From Mobula hypostoma (taxonomy: Eukaryota), in NCBI RefSeq assembly GCF_963921235.1, contig NC_086100.1, positions 202,742,001-202,806,000 of the forward strand: 64,000 bases of DNA, written 5' to 3'. Position numbers and translations under genes: made by a program. Numbering within the stretch: position 1 is the first letter of the stretch; the number at the start of each line of letters is the position of its first letter. Below the pieces are notes generated by a model that saw nothing but the letters and a program-made list of their open reading frames with translations, had not been told where the DNA came from and made no database searches. Shown here one piece after another: positions 1-14,342 of the stretch.

Positions 1-1729
1 AAAGTGTGTATGGAACCGGAAGAAATAGCAGAGGTACTTAATGAATACTTTACTTCAGTGTTCACTATGGAAAAGGATCTTGGTGATTGTAGTGATGACT
101 TGCAGCAGACTGAAAAGCTTCAGCATGTAGATATTAAGAAAGAGGATGTGCTGGAGCTTTTGGAAAGCATCAAGTTGGATAAGTTGCCAGGACCGGATAA
201 GATGTACCCAGGCTACTGTAGGAGGCGAGGGAGGAGATTGCTGAGCCTCTGGCGATGATCTTTGCATTATCAATGGGGACGGGAGAGGTTCCGGAGGATT
301 GGAGGGTTGCGGATGTTGTTCCTTTATTCAAGAAAGGGAGCAGAGGTAGCCCAGGAAATTATAGACCAGTGAGTCTTATCAGTGAGTCAGTAAGCTGATG
401 GAGAAGATCGTGAGAAGCAGGATTTATGAACATTTGCAGATGTATAATGTGATTAGGAATAGTCAGCATGGCTTTGTCAAGGGCAGGTCGTGCCTTACGA
501 GCCTGACTGAATTTTTTGAGGATGTGACTAAACACATTGATGAAGGAAGAGTAGTAGATGTCGTGTATATGGATTTCAGCAAGGCACTTGATAAGGTACC
601 TCATGCAAGGCTTGTTGAGAAAGTAAGGAGGCATGGTATCCAAGGGGACATTACCTTGTGGATCCAGAACTGGCTTGCCCACAGAAGGCAAAGAGTGGTT
701 GAGACAGGTCATATTCTGCATGGAGGTCGGTGACCAGTGGTGTGCCTCAGGGATCTGTTCTGGGACCCCTACTCTTTGTGATTTTTATAAATGACTTGGA
801 TGAGGAAGTGGAGGGATGGGTTAGTAAGTTTGCTGATGACACAAAGGTTGGAGGTGTTGTGGATAGTGTGGAGGGCTGTCAGAGTTTACAGCGGGATATT
901 GATTGGATGCAAAACTGGGCTGAGAAATGGCAGATGGAGTTCAACCCAGATAAGTGTGAAGTGGTTCATTTTGGTTGGTCAAATATGATAGCAGAATATA
1001 GCATTAATGGTAAGGTTCTTGGCAGTGTGGAGGATCAGAGGGATCTTGGGGTCCGAGTTCATAGGACACTCAAAGCAGCTGCGCAGGTTGACTCTGTGGT
1101 TAAGAAGGCATATGGTGTATTGGCCTTCATCGATCGTGGAATTGAATTTAGGAGCTGAGAGGTAATGTTGCAGCTATCTAAGACCCCACTTGGAGTACTG
1201 TGCTCATTTCTGGTCCCCTCACTACAGGAAGGTGTGGAAACTATAGGAAGGGTGCAGAGGAGATTTACAAGGATGTTGCCTGGATTGGGGAGCATGCCTT
1301 ATGAGAATAGGTTGAGTGAACTCAGCCTTTTCTGCTTAGAGCGACGGAGGATGAGAGGTGACCTGACAGAAGTGTAAAGATGATGAGAACCATTGATCAT
1401 GTGGATAGTCAGGGGCTTTTCCCCAGGGCTGACTTGGCTAGCATGAAAGGGCACAGTTTTAAGGTGCTTGGAAGTAGGTACAGAGGAGATGTCAGGGGTA
1501 AGTTTTTTACGCAGAGAGAGGTGAGTGTGTGGAATGGGTTGTTGGCGGCGGTGGTGGAGGCGGAAACGATAGGGTCTTTTAAAAGACTCCTGGATGGCTA
1601 CATGGAGCTTAGAAAAATAGAGGGCTTTGGGTAAAACCTAGATCATTCTAAGGTAGGGACATGTTCAGCACAGCTTTGTGAGCTGAAGTGCCTGTATTGT
1701 GCTGTATGTTTTCTATGTATCTATGTTCT
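1..1729 (+). mobile_element. CR1 LINE, ORF2 RT and 3' end, frameshifted
   Basis: QHGFVKGRSCLT, SGVPQGSVLGPLLF and KFADDTK motifs; (TTCTATGT)-like tail. Confidence 0.92.
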
Positions 1730-2590
1730 TACAGGGTACCGGTGAGGCCACATCTGGAGTACTATGTGCAGTTCTGGTCTCCATACTTGAGGAGGGATAT
1801 ACTGGCTTTGGAGGCAGTGCAGAGGAGGTTCACAAGGTTGATTCCAGGGATGAAGGGGTTAACCTATGAGCAGAGATTGAGTCGCCTGGGACTATACTCT
1901 CTGGAGTTCAGAAGAATGAGAGGGGATCTTAGAGAAACATACAAAATTTTGAAAGGGATAAATAAGGTAGAAGTAGGAAAGTTGTTTCCATTGGTAGGTG
2001 AGAGTAGATTCAGGGGAGAAGATTTAGGACAGAGATGAGGAGACACTGTTTTTCCCGGAGAGTGGTGAATCTGTGGAATTCTCTGCCCAGGGAAGCAGTT
2101 GAGGCTTCTTCACTAAATATATTTAAGAAACAGTTAGATAGATTTTTACATAGCAGGGGAATTAAGGGTTATGGGGAAAAGGCAGGTAGAGGGAGCTGAG
2201 TTTACGGACAGATCAGCCGTGATGGGCCAGATGGCGTACTCCTGCTCGTATTTTATATGTTCTTGTGTTCTTATTAAAGGATGTTTCCCATGGTGGGGGG
2301 AGTCCTGGAAAAGAGGGCACAGCCTCAGGATAGAGGGGCATCCATTTAAAACAGAGATGTGGAGAAATTTCTTTGGCCAGAGAGTGGAATTATTACCACA
2401 GACAGCTGTCAACACCAGATCGTTGGATGTATTTAAGGCAGAGCTTGATAAGTTCTTGACTGGACACGGCATCAAAGGTTACGGGGAGAAGGCCAGGGAG
2501 TGGGGCTGAGGAGGGGAAAAAGGATCAGTCGTGACTGATTGTTGGGGCAGACTCAGCAAAGCACATGACCTAATTCTGCTCCGATATCTA
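1730..2590 (+). mobile_element. Two consecutive CR1 3' fragments of other subfamilies
   Basis: VRPHLEYYVQFWSP...RRMRGDL and RGHSLRIEG; two separate 3' UTR tails. Confidence 0.85.
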
Positions 2591-4500
2591 ACCGTCTTTA
2601 GATCTTTCAGCTCGTTGAGCACCTTCTCTCTTATAATAACAACTGCATTCACTTCTCTTCTCTCTCACCCTTCAACCTCTGGCACACTGCTAGTGTCTCC
2701 CACAGTGAAGACTGATGCAAAATACTCATCTAATTGATCTGCCATTTCTTTGTCCCCCATTGTTATTTCTCCAGCCTAATTTTCCAGCAGTCCTATATCC
2801 TCATCACTCTGTTATTTAATACTTAGCCAGGACCAACAGGGACAGCTTCTTTCACCAGGCTATCAGGCTGCCTAATTCATGGTGTCACAACTGTATTTCT
2901 ATATTATATTGACTATCCTGTTGTACATAATATTTATTATAAATTATTATAATTGCACATTGCACATTTAGACAGATGTAACGTAAAGATTTTTACTCGT
3001 ACATGAAGGGGAACGTCGACTCAGACCATGAGAGGCCTGCGTCGGGCATTTTCATGCCTTACAAGGCGCAGATTGGAAGTCTGTGTGGGGCGCCACTCCT
3101 CACACAGACACTAGAGCAATGTGTGGTTAAGTGCCTTGCTCAAGGGCACAAACACACTGCCACAGCTCAGGCTCAAACTAGCGACCTTGAGATAACTAGA
3201 CGAACACCTTAACCACTTGGCCACGTGCCCAACATGAAGGACGTTAGTAATAAAGTCAACTCAATTCAATTATATACTTGAAAAAGTTTTTTCTGTCGAC
3301 ATTGATATTGTTTACTAGCTTGCTTTCATATTTCATCTTGTCCCTCCTAATGATTCTTTCAGCTGCTCTCTGTAGATTTTTACAAGGTTCCCAATCCTCT
3401 ATCATTTCACTTTTTTGCATTGTTGTATGCCCTCTCTTTTGCTTTTACACTAGCTTTGACTTCCCTTGACAGCCACGGTTGTACTATTTTGCCATAGGAG
3501 TATTTCTTCATTTTTGGAATACACATGTCCTGCACCTTCCTCATTTTCCCCAGAAACGCGCACCATTGCTGCTCTGCTGACATCCCTGCCAGCAGCTCCT
3601 TCCAATTTACTTTGGCCAACTTCTCTCTCGTACCACTGTAATTTCCTTTCACTTTAGGTTGCATGCGGAAATTCCAGTTGGTGGACAATTTCTGTCCACG
3701 CTGCTCTGACGTATTGGGAAATTATGTGCTTGGCAGGTTACAGCAGTGGTTTGCCTTTGCCTTCTGCCGGGTGAGTTTAAAGACATCACCACCTCTGTAA
3801 TTTCCCTTACTCCATTGAAATACTGCTACGTCAGATTTCACTTTCTCCCTGTCAAATTTCAAGTTGAACTCAATCATTTTGTGATCACTGCCTCCTCAGG
3901 GTTTCCTTACCTTAAGCTCCCTAATCACCTCTGGTTCCTTACATAACACCCAATCCAGTATAGCTGATCTCCTGATAGTCTCAACGACAAACTGTCCTAA
4001 AAATCCATCTCAAAGGCATTCAACAAATTCACTCTCTCGGGATCCATTACCAACCTGATTTTCCCAATCTACCTGTATGTTAAGATCTCCCACAACTATC
4101 ATAACATTGCCTGTTGACATGCCTTTTCTATTTTCTGTTGTAATCTGTAGTCCACCTCCTAACCACTGTTGGGAGCCTGTATATACAGTGGGAGCCACAC
4201 AGCCTGTATATAACTACCATCAGGGTCCTTTTACCTTTACAGTTTCTTAACTCAACCCACAAGGATTCAACATCTTCCAATTCTATGTCACATCTTTCTA
4301 ATGATTTGATGCCATTCTTTACCAGTAGAGGCACACCACCCCCTCTGCCTACCTTCCTATCCCTCCGATACAACGTATAACCTTGGACATTCAGCTCCCA
4401 ACTACAACCATCCTTTATCCACGATTCAGTCATGGCCACAAAATCATACCCAACAATCTATAGAAGTGCAACGAGATCATCCATTAATTCTTATACTACG
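2591..4500 (-). mobile_element. Degenerate CR1 ORF2 (endonuclease/linker), interrupted by a Rex-like 3' fragment and a SINE
   Basis: Minus-strand ORFs with TESW, VESLWVELRNCKGK and IVVGDLN. Confidence 0.8.
3010..3231 (-). mobile_element. tRNA-derived SINE (tail type 1) with 9-bp TSD
   Basis: A box TGGCCAAGTGG; CCTTGAGCAAGGCACTTAACC core; ACATGAAGG direct repeats at 3001-3009 and 3232-3240. Confidence 0.85.
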
Positions 4501-4787
4501 TAAAATTGAAAGTTTAAATGTTTAAGAGGAACATGCGGGAAACTCCTTCATTCAGAAGAGTAAGAGTGGGAACAAGCTGCCAGCACAAGTGGTGGATGCA
4601 GGTTGGATTTCAACACTTAAGGAAATTTGGATTGGTACGTGGAGGAGAGGGTATTGAGGGCTGTGGTTCTAGTGCAGGTGTACAGGATTCTGCAGATTAA
4701 TGGATTGGTTTGGACAAGATGGACTAAAGGGCCTGTTTCTATGTTGCCACGTTGTATGACACGATGACTTTTTGTGCAGTAACATAC

Positions 4788-5012
4788 CTGACAGGCAAAG
4801 CTGGCAGCAAGATGGGACTTGTGCCTCCATTAGACACAGAACTTTCTCCTGCGATGTCCAGCCCAGCTCGAATCCTTCTTCCTGAGGAACGTCCCAGTGA
4901 GCTGCTTAGCTTGCTCGCAAACTTTCTCGGTGCACTAGCGATGGAGAAATCCTCGTCCATACAACAGCTATATAACTCCAGCTTCAGTTCAAAGTCAGGT
5001 CCAACACTGGGA
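4788..5012 (-). CDS. RTKN: Rhotekin coding exon, 225 bp
   Basis: (F)PSVGPDFELKLELYSCCMDEDFSIASAPRKFASKLSSSLGRSSGRRIRAGLDIAGESSVSNGGTSPILLPALPV. Acceptor ttttgttag, donor gtatgt. Confidence 0.95.
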
Positions 5013-5112
5013 CTAACAAAACGTTAGAATGACAGAAAGGCCACAGTAAACAGAGGCGAGCAGCAGATGGCAGCACTGCTAACAACAGTTCCAAATGCAT
5101 AAAACAGAACTG

Positions 5113-8100
5113 GTGCTGTAATAACCACTATACCACTGTGCTGTAATGACCACTATGCTACTGTGCTGTAATAACCACTATACCACTGGGCTGTAATGAC
5201 CACTATGCTACTGTGCTGCAATAACCACTATACCACTGTGCTGTAATGACCACTATGCTACTGTGCTGCAATAACCACTATACCACTGTGCTGTAATAAC
5301 CACTATGCTACTGTGCTGCAATAACCACTATACCACTGTGCTGTAATGACCACTATGCTACTGTGCTGCAATAACCACTATACCACTGTGCTGTAATGAC
5401 CACTATGCTACTGTGCTGCAATAACCACTATACCACTGGGCTGTAATGACCACTATGCTACTGTGCTGTAATAACCACTATACCACTGTGCTGTAATAAC
5501 CACTATGCTACTGTGCTGCAATAACCACTATACCACTGTGCTGTAATGACCACTATGCTACTGTGCTGCAATAACCACTATACCACTGTGCTGTAATGAC
5601 CACTATGCTACTGTGCTGCAATAACCACTATACCACTGTGCTGTAATGACCACTATGCTACTGTGCTGCAATAACCACTATACCACTGTGCTGTAATGAC
5701 CACTATACTACTGTGCTGTAATAACCACTATACCACTGTGCTGTAATAACCACTATACTACTGTGCTGTAATAACCACTATACCACAGTGCTGTAATAAC
5801 ATCTATATTACCGTGCTGTAATAACCACTATACCACTGTGCTGTAATGACCACTATGCTACTGTGCTGCAATAACCACTATACCACTGGGCTGTAATGAC
5901 CACTATGCTACTGTGCTGCAATAACCACTATACCACTGTGCTGTAATGACCACTATGCTACTGTGCTGCAATAACCACTAGACCACTGTGCTGTAATGAC
6001 CACTATGCTGCTGTGCTGCAATAACCACTATACCACTGTGCTGTAATGACCACTATACTACTGTGCTGTAATAACCACTATACCACTGTGCTGTAATAAC
6101 ATCTATACTACCGTGCTGTAATAACCACTATACCACTGTGCTGTAATAACCACTATACCATTGGGCTGTAATGACCACTATGCTACTGTGCTGCAATAAC
6201 CACTATACCACTGTGCTGTAATAACCACTATACTACTGTTCTGTAATAACCACTATACCACTGTGCTGTAATAACATCTATACTACCGTGCTGTAATAAC
6301 CACTATACTACTGTGCTGTAATAACCACTATACCACTGTGCTGTAATAACGTCTATAATACCATGCTGTAATAACCACTATACTACTGTACTGTAATAAC
6401 CACTATACTACTGTGCTGCAATAACCACTATACCACTGTGCTGCAATAACCACTATACCACTGTGCGGTAATAACCACTATACCACTGTGCTGTAATAAC
6501 ATCTATACTACTGTGCTGTAATAACCACTATACTACTGTGCTGTAATAACCACTATACTACTGTGCTGTAATGACCACTATACCACTGTGCTGTAATGAC
6601 CACTATACCACTGTGCTGTAATGACCACTATACTACTGTGCTGTAATGACCACTATACTACTGTGCTGTAATAACCACTATACCACTGTGCTGTAATAAC
6701 CACTATACCACTGTGCTGTAATAACCACTATGCTACTGTGCTGCAATAACCACTATACCACTGCGCTGTAATGACCACTATGCTACTGTGCTGCAATAAC
6801 CACTATACCACTGTGCTGTAATGACCACTATGCTACTGTGCTGCAATAACCACTATACCACTGTGCTGTAATGACCACTATGCTACTGTGCTGCAATAAC
6901 CACTATACCACTGTGCTGTAATGACCACTATACTACTGTGCTGTAATAACCACTATACCACTGTGCTGTAATAACCACTATACTACTGTGCTGTAATACC
7001 CACTATACCACTGTGCTGTAATAACATCTATATTACCGTGCTGTAATAACCACTATACCACTGTGCTGTAATGACCACTATGCTACTGTGCTGCAATAAC
7101 CACTATACCACTGGGCTGTAATGACCACTATGCTACTGTGCTGCAATAACCACTATACCACTGTGCTGTAATGACCACTATGCTACTGTGCTGCAATAAC
7201 CACTATACCACTGTGCTGTAATGACCACTATGCTACTGTGCTGCAATAACCACTATACTACTGTGCTGTAATAACCACTATACCACTGTGCTGTAATAAC
7301 ATCTATACTACCGTGCTGTAATAACCACTATACCACTGTGCTGTAATAACCACTATACCATTGGGCTGTAATGACCACTATGCTACTGTGCTGCAATAAC
7401 CACTATACCACTGTGCTGTAATAACCACTATACTACTGTTCTGTAATAACCACTATACCACTGTGCTGTAATAACATCTATACTACCGTGCTGTAATAAC
7501 CACTATACTACTGTGCTGTAATAACCACTATACCACTGTGCTGTAATAACGTCTATAATACCATGCTGTAATAACCACTATACTACTGTACTGTAATAAC
7601 CACTATACTACTGTGCTGCAATAACCACTATACCACTGTGCTGCAATAACCACTATACCACTGTGCGGTAATAACCACTGTACCACTGTGCTGTAATAAC
7701 ATCTATACTACTGTGCTGTAATAACCACTATACTACTGTGCTGTAATAACCACTATACTACTGTGCTGTAATGACCACTATACCACTGTGCTGTAATGAC
7801 CACTATACTACTGTGCTGTAATGACCACTATACTACTGTGCTGTAATAACCACTATACTACTGTGCTGTAATAACCACTATACCACTGTGCTGTAATAAC
7901 CACTATACTACTGTGCTGTAATAACCACTATACTGCCGTGCTGTAATAACCACTATTCTGTACTGTAATAACCACTATACCACTGTGCCGTAATAACCAC
8001 TATACTGCCGTGCTGTAATAACCACTATACTACTGTGCTGTAATAACCACGATACCACTGTGCTGTAATGACCACTATACCACTGTGCTGTAATAACCAC

Positions 8101-10719
8101 TATACTACTGTGCTGTAATAACCACTATACTGCCGTGCTGTAATAACCACTATTCTGTACTGTAATAACTACTATACTGCCGTGCTGTAATAACCACTAG
8201 ACTACTGTGCTGTAATAACCACGATACCACTGTGCTGTAATGACCACTATACCACTGTGCTGTAATAACATCTATACTACTGTGCTGTAATAACCACTAT
8301 ACTACTGTGCTGTAATAACCACTATACTACTGTGCTGTAATGACCACTATACCACTGTGCTGTAATGACCACTATACTACTGTGCTGTAATGACCACTAT
8401 ACTACTGTGCTGTAATGACCACTATACTACTGTGCTGTAATAACCACTATACCACTGTGCTGTAATAACCACTATACTACTGTGCTGTAATAACCACTAT
8501 ACTGCCGTGCTGTAATAACCACTATTCTGTACTGTAATAACCACTATACCACTGTGCCGTAATAACCACTATACTGCCGTGCTGTAATAACCACTATACT
8601 ACTGTGCTGTAATAACCACGATACCACTGTGCTGTAATGACCACTATACCACTGTGCTGTAATAACCACTATACTACTGTGCTGTAATAACCACTATACT
8701 GCTGTGCTGTAATAACCACTATTCTGTACTGTAATAACTACTATACTGCCGTGCTGTAATAACCACTAGACTACTGTGCTGTAATAACCACGATACCACT
8801 GTGCTGTAATGACCACTATACCACTGTGCTGTAATAACCACTATATTACTGTGCCATAATAACCACTATACTGCCGTGCTGTAATAACCACTATTCTGTA
8901 CTGTAATAACCTCTATTCTGTACTGTAATAACCACTATACTGCTGTGCTGTAATGACTACTATACCACTGTGCCGTAATAACCACTGTGCTGTAATGACC
9001 ACTATACCACTGTGCCGTAATAACCACTATACTGCTGTGCTGTAATAACCACTATACTGCTGTGCTGTAATGACCACTATGCTACTGTGCTGCAATAACC
9101 ACTATACCACTGTGCTGTAATAACCACTATACTACTGTGCTGTAATAACCACTATACCACTGTGCTGTAATAACATCTATACTACCGTGCTGTAATAACC
9201 ACTATACCATTGAGCTGTAATGACCACTATGCTACTGTGCTGCAATAACCACTATACCACTGTGCTGTAATAACCACTATACTACTGTGCTGTAATAACC
9301 ACTATACCACTGTGCTGTAATAACATCTATACTACCGTGCTGTAATAACCACTATACTACTGTGCTGTAATAACCACTATACCACTGTGCTGTAATAACA
9401 TCTATACTACCGTGCTGTAATAACCACTATACTACTGTGCTGTAATAACCACTATACTACTGTGCTGTAATAAGCACTATACTACTGTGCTGTAATAACC
9501 ACTATACCACTGTGCTGTAATAACCACTATACCACTGTGCTGTAATAATATCTATACTACTGTGCTGTAATAACCACAATACTACTGTGCTGTAATAACC
9601 ACTATACTACTGTGCTGTAATGACCACTATACCACTGTGCTGTAATGACCACTATACTACTGTGCTGTAATAACCACTATACTACTGTGCTGTAATAACC
9701 ACTATACTACTGTGCTGTAATAACCACTATACCACTGTGCTGTAATAACCACTATACTACTGTGCTGTAATAACCACTATACTGCCGTGCTGTAATAGCC
9801 ACTATTCTGTACTGTAATAACCACTGTGCCGTAATAACCACTATACTGCCGTGCTGTAATAACCACTATACTACTGTGCTGTAATAACCACGATACCACT
9901 GTGCTGTAATGACCACTATACCACTGTGCTGTAATAACCACTATACTACTGTGCTGTAATAACCACTATACTGCCGTGCTGTAATAACCACTATTCTGTA
10001 CTGTAATAACTACTATACTGCCGTGCTGTAATAACCACTAGACTACTGTGCTGTAATAACCACGATACCACTGTGCTGTAATGACCACTATACCACTGTG
10101 CTGTAATAACCACTATATTACTGTGCCATAATAACCACTATACTGCCGTGCTGTAATAACCACTATTCTGTACTGTAATAACCACTATTCTGTACTGTAA
10201 TAACCACTATACTGCCGTGCTGTAATGACCACTATACCACTGTGCCGTAATAACCACTGTGCTGTAATGACCACTATACCACTGTGCTGTAATAACCACT
10301 ATACTGCTGTGCTGTAATAACCACTATACCACTGTGCCGTAATAACCACTATATTACTGTGCCATAATAACCACTATACTGCCGTGCTGTAATAACCACT
10401 ATTCTGTACTGTAATAACCGCTATTCTGTACTGTAATAACCACTATACTGCCGTGCTGTAATGACCACTATACCACTGTGCCGTAATAACCACGTGCTGT
10501 AATAACCACTATTCTGTACTGTAATAACCACTATACTGCCGTGCTGTAAAAACCACTATTCTGTACTGTAATAACCACTATACTGCCGTGCTGTAATGAC
10601 CACCATACCGCTGTGCTGTGATAACCACTATATTACTGTGCTGTAATAGCCACTATACCACTGTGTTGTAATAACCACTATACTACAGTGCTGTAATGAC
10701 CACTATACCACTGTGCTGT
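5113..10719. repeat. 25-bp tandem satellite of about 5.6 kb (roughly 225 units), consensus ATAACCACTATACCACTGTGCTGTA
   Basis: Periodicity read directly; variant monomers (ATGAC, TATGCTA, a 22-bp TATTCTGTACTGTA form); no ORF-track entry across it. Confidence 0.98.
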
Positions 10720-11029
10720 CCCTATGCAATCACAGAATGAAACAGCCCACTTCATGCACACCAAATCTGCTGTTTATTTAAACTGATCATATTTAGGAAA
10801 AAACACTAACCATCTACCCTATCTATACACCTTAAAATTTTACAAACCTTCATGTACAAACCTTTACAAACCCTTAACCTCTGTCATTCCAGTCAGTTCA
10901 CATCTCTATGGTGCAGACTGTAGAACATAGAACAGTACTGCACAGGAATTGACCGTCAGTCCACAATGTTGTGCCAAACCAAATTAATCAACTGGCCAAA
11001 TAAACTCATCTCTTCTGCCCAGGTGTATT

Positions 11030-12250
11030 ACAGGTAAAGGTGAACTCAGAGCATGGATCAGTACATGGAACTCTGATATTGTGGACAATACAGAGACTTC
11101 AGGAAGGGTGTTTAATGTCCCAGGGACTCAATGTTTTAGGAAAGATAGCAAGGAAGGTAAAAGAGGTGGAGAGAATTGCAATATTAATCAGGAACAATAT
11201 CACAGCTGCAGTCTGAGGGTACATAATGGAGTGTACGTGGGTAGAACTCAAACACAGAAAGAGTGTAATCACACTGATGGGACAGGATCGTACAACAGAA
11301 CCCCCAATAGCCACTGGAACAAACATGCAGGCAGATTTAAGAAATGTATAAAAACAATAAGATTGTTGTCACGCGGAGGACTTCAATTCTCTGATATAAA
11401 CTGCGTCCTTCGAAGAGCAAGAGATTTAGATGGGGCTGAATTTGTTAACTGCATCAAGAGGGTTTCTTAATTTAATATGTATTGAGTCCAACAAGAGGAG
11501 GGGTTACACGAGTGTATTAGCATTGGGTAATGAGCCTAGACAGGCGATGGGCCTTTGAGTGGATAAACAGTTGGGAAACAGTGACCACAATTCCTAAATT
11601 TTAAGAAAGCTATAGATAAGGATAAGTATGGACCTTGTGGGAGAGTATGAAACTGGTGGAGGGAAAATTATGACAGTATCAGGTAGGAACTAGGGAGAGC
11701 TAATTGGGAACAGCCATTTTTGGGCAGGTCAACATCCCAGAGGACTGGAAGATTGCAAGTGTCAATCCACTCTTTAAGAAGGGAGGAAGAGAAAAAAAAA
11801 AGAAAATGATAGGCCAGTTCACCTAACCTCAGTGGTTGGGAAAGTGTTAGAGTCTATTACTAAGGATGAGGTTCTGGGGTGCTTGGAGACCAATGATAAA
11901 ATAAGTCAAAGTCAGCATGGTTTCTGTAAGGGGAAATCTTGCCTGGCAGATCCGTTAGAGTACTTCGAGGAAGTAACCAGCAGGGTGGACAAAGGAGAGG
12001 CAGTGGATGTCATTTACTTGGATTTCAGAAGATATTTGATAGGGTGCCACACTCAAGGCTGCTTAACAAGATGAAACCCCATGGCATTAAAGGAAAGATA
12101 CTGGCATGAATAGTGGAATGGCTGACAGGCAGGAGGCAGTGAATGGGAATAAACGGGGACTTTCTAATTGGCTACCAGTGACTAGTGGTATTGCTCAGTG
12201 GGCCAGTATTATGACCACTGCTTCTCACAATGTTTGTCAGTGATTTAGAT
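11030..12250 (+). mobile_element. Degenerate CR1 endonuclease and RT fragments
   Basis: SQSQHGFCKGKSCL and AVDVIYLDF. Confidence 0.75.
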
Positions 12251-12254
12251 TATA

Positions 12255-13165
12255 AGACCATAGTTCCATAAGACATAGGAACAGAATTAGGCCCATCGAA
12301 TCTGCTCCGCCATTCAATCATGGCTGACCCTTTTTTTTTCCTCCTCCTCAACCTCAGTTCCCGGCCTTCCATAACCTTTGATGCCATGTCCAATCAAGAA
12401 CCTATCAATCTCTGCCTTAAATACACCCAAAGACCTGGCCTCCACAGCTGCACGTAGCAACAAATTCCACAAATTCACCACCCTCTGACTGAAGAAATTT
12501 CTCTGCATCTCTGTTTTGAATGGAAGCCCCTCTATCCTGAGGCTGTGCCCTCTTGTCCTAGACTCTCCCACCATGGGAAACATCCTTTCCATATCTACTC
12601 TGCCTAGGCCTTTCAACGTTCAAAAGGTTTCAATGAGATTCCCCTCATCCTTCTGAATTCCAGTGAGTCCAGACCCAGAGCCACCAAACGTTCCTTGTAT
12701 GATAATCATTTCATACCTGGAATCATCCTTGTGAACCTCCTCTGGACCCTCTCCAATGCCAGCACATCTCTTCTAAGATGAGGGGCCCAAAACTATTCAC
12801 AATACTCAAGGTGAGGCCTCACCATTGCCTTATAAAGCCTCAGCATCACATCCCTGCTCTTGTATTCGAGACCTCTCGAAATGAATGTTAACATGGCATT
12901 TGCCTTCCTCACCACCGACTCAACCTGCAAGTTAACCTTTAGAGTGTTCTGCACAAGGACTCCCAAGTCCCTCTGCATCTCAGATTTTTGCATTTTCTCC
13001 TCATTTAGAAAATATTCCGCACATTTATTTCTACTACCAAAGTGCATGACCATGCACTTTCCAACATTGTATTTCATTTGCCACTTTCTTGCCTATTCTC
13101 CTCATTTGTCTAAGTCCTTCTGCATCCCTGTTTCCTCAACATTATCTGCCCCTCCACCAATCTTG
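12255..13165 (-). mobile_element. CR1 3' fragment
   Basis: MKYNVGKCMVMHFG, RPHLEYCE and RGHSLRIEG; (CTTATGGT)-like tail. Confidence 0.9.
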
Positions 13166-14342
13166 CAGTAGATGTGGTGTACTTGGATTTTCAGAAGGCC
13201 TTTGAAAAGGTGCCACACATGAGGCTGCTTACCAAGTTCAGAGCCCATGGTATCACAAGAAAGTTACTGGCATGGATAGAGCATTGGCTGATTGGTAGGT
13301 GGCAGTGAGTGGAAATTAAAGGATCCATTTCTGGTTGGCTGCCAGTGACTAGTGGTGTTCTGCAGGTGTTGGTACCACTTCTTTTTATGCTGTATATCAA
13401 TGAGTTAGATGATGGAGTAGATGGCTTTGTTGCCAAGTTTGCAGATGATACGAAGATTGGTGGAAGGGCAGGTAGTGTTGAGGAAACAGGTAGGATGCAG
13501 GACTTAGACAGATTGGGAGAATGGGCAAGAAAGTGGCAAATGAAATACAATGTTGGAAAATGCATGGTCATGCACTTAGATAGTAGAATTAAATGTGCAA
13601 AATATTTTCTAAATGGGGAGAAACTCCAAAAATCTGAGATGCAGAGGGACTTGGGAGTCCTTGTGCAGATCAACCTAAAGGTTAACTTGCAGGTTGAGTT
13701 GGTGGTGAGGAAGGCAAAGGCAATGTTAGCATTCATTTCAAGAGGTCTAGAATACAAGAGCAGGGATGTGATGCTGAGGCTTTATGAGGCACTGGTGAGG
13801 CCTCACCTTGAGTATTGTGAACAGGTTTGGTCTCCTTATCTGAGAAAAGATGTGCTGGCATTGGTGTGGGTTCAGGGGAGGTTCACAAGGATGATTCCAG
13901 GAATGAAAGGGTTATCATACAAGGAACATTTGATGGCTCTGGATTTGTACTCGCTGGAATTTAGAAGGATGAGAGGGGATCTCGTTGAAACCTTTGGAAT
14001 GTTGAAAGGCCTAGACAGAGTAGATGTGGAAAGGATGTTTCCCATGGTGGGGCAGTCTGGGACAAAAATGCACAGCCTCAGGATAGAGGGGCATCCATTT
14101 AAAACAAAGGCATAGAGAAATTTCTTTAGCGAGGTGGTGGTGAATTTGTGGAATTTATTACCACAGGAGAATGTGGAGGCCAGGTTGTTGGGTATATATA
14201 AGGCAGAGATTGATAGGTTACGGGGAAAAGGCCAAGGAGTGGGACTGAGGCTGGGAGAAAAAAAGGATCAACCATGATTGAATGGTGGAGCAGATTTGAT
14301 GGGCCAAATGGCCTAATTCTGCTCCTATGTTTTATGGTCTTA
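13166..14342 (+). mobile_element. CR1 RT/3' fragment, same subfamily as 12255-13165 and inverted relative to it
   Basis: 268-aa ORF 13309-14115 with KFADDTK. Confidence 0.92.

Noticed and set aside
5113..10719. Possible CRISPR array or tRNA gene cluster
   Set aside because: Monomers are contiguous with no unique spacers, there are no cas genes and the context is a eukaryotic intron. There is no B box or cloverleaf.
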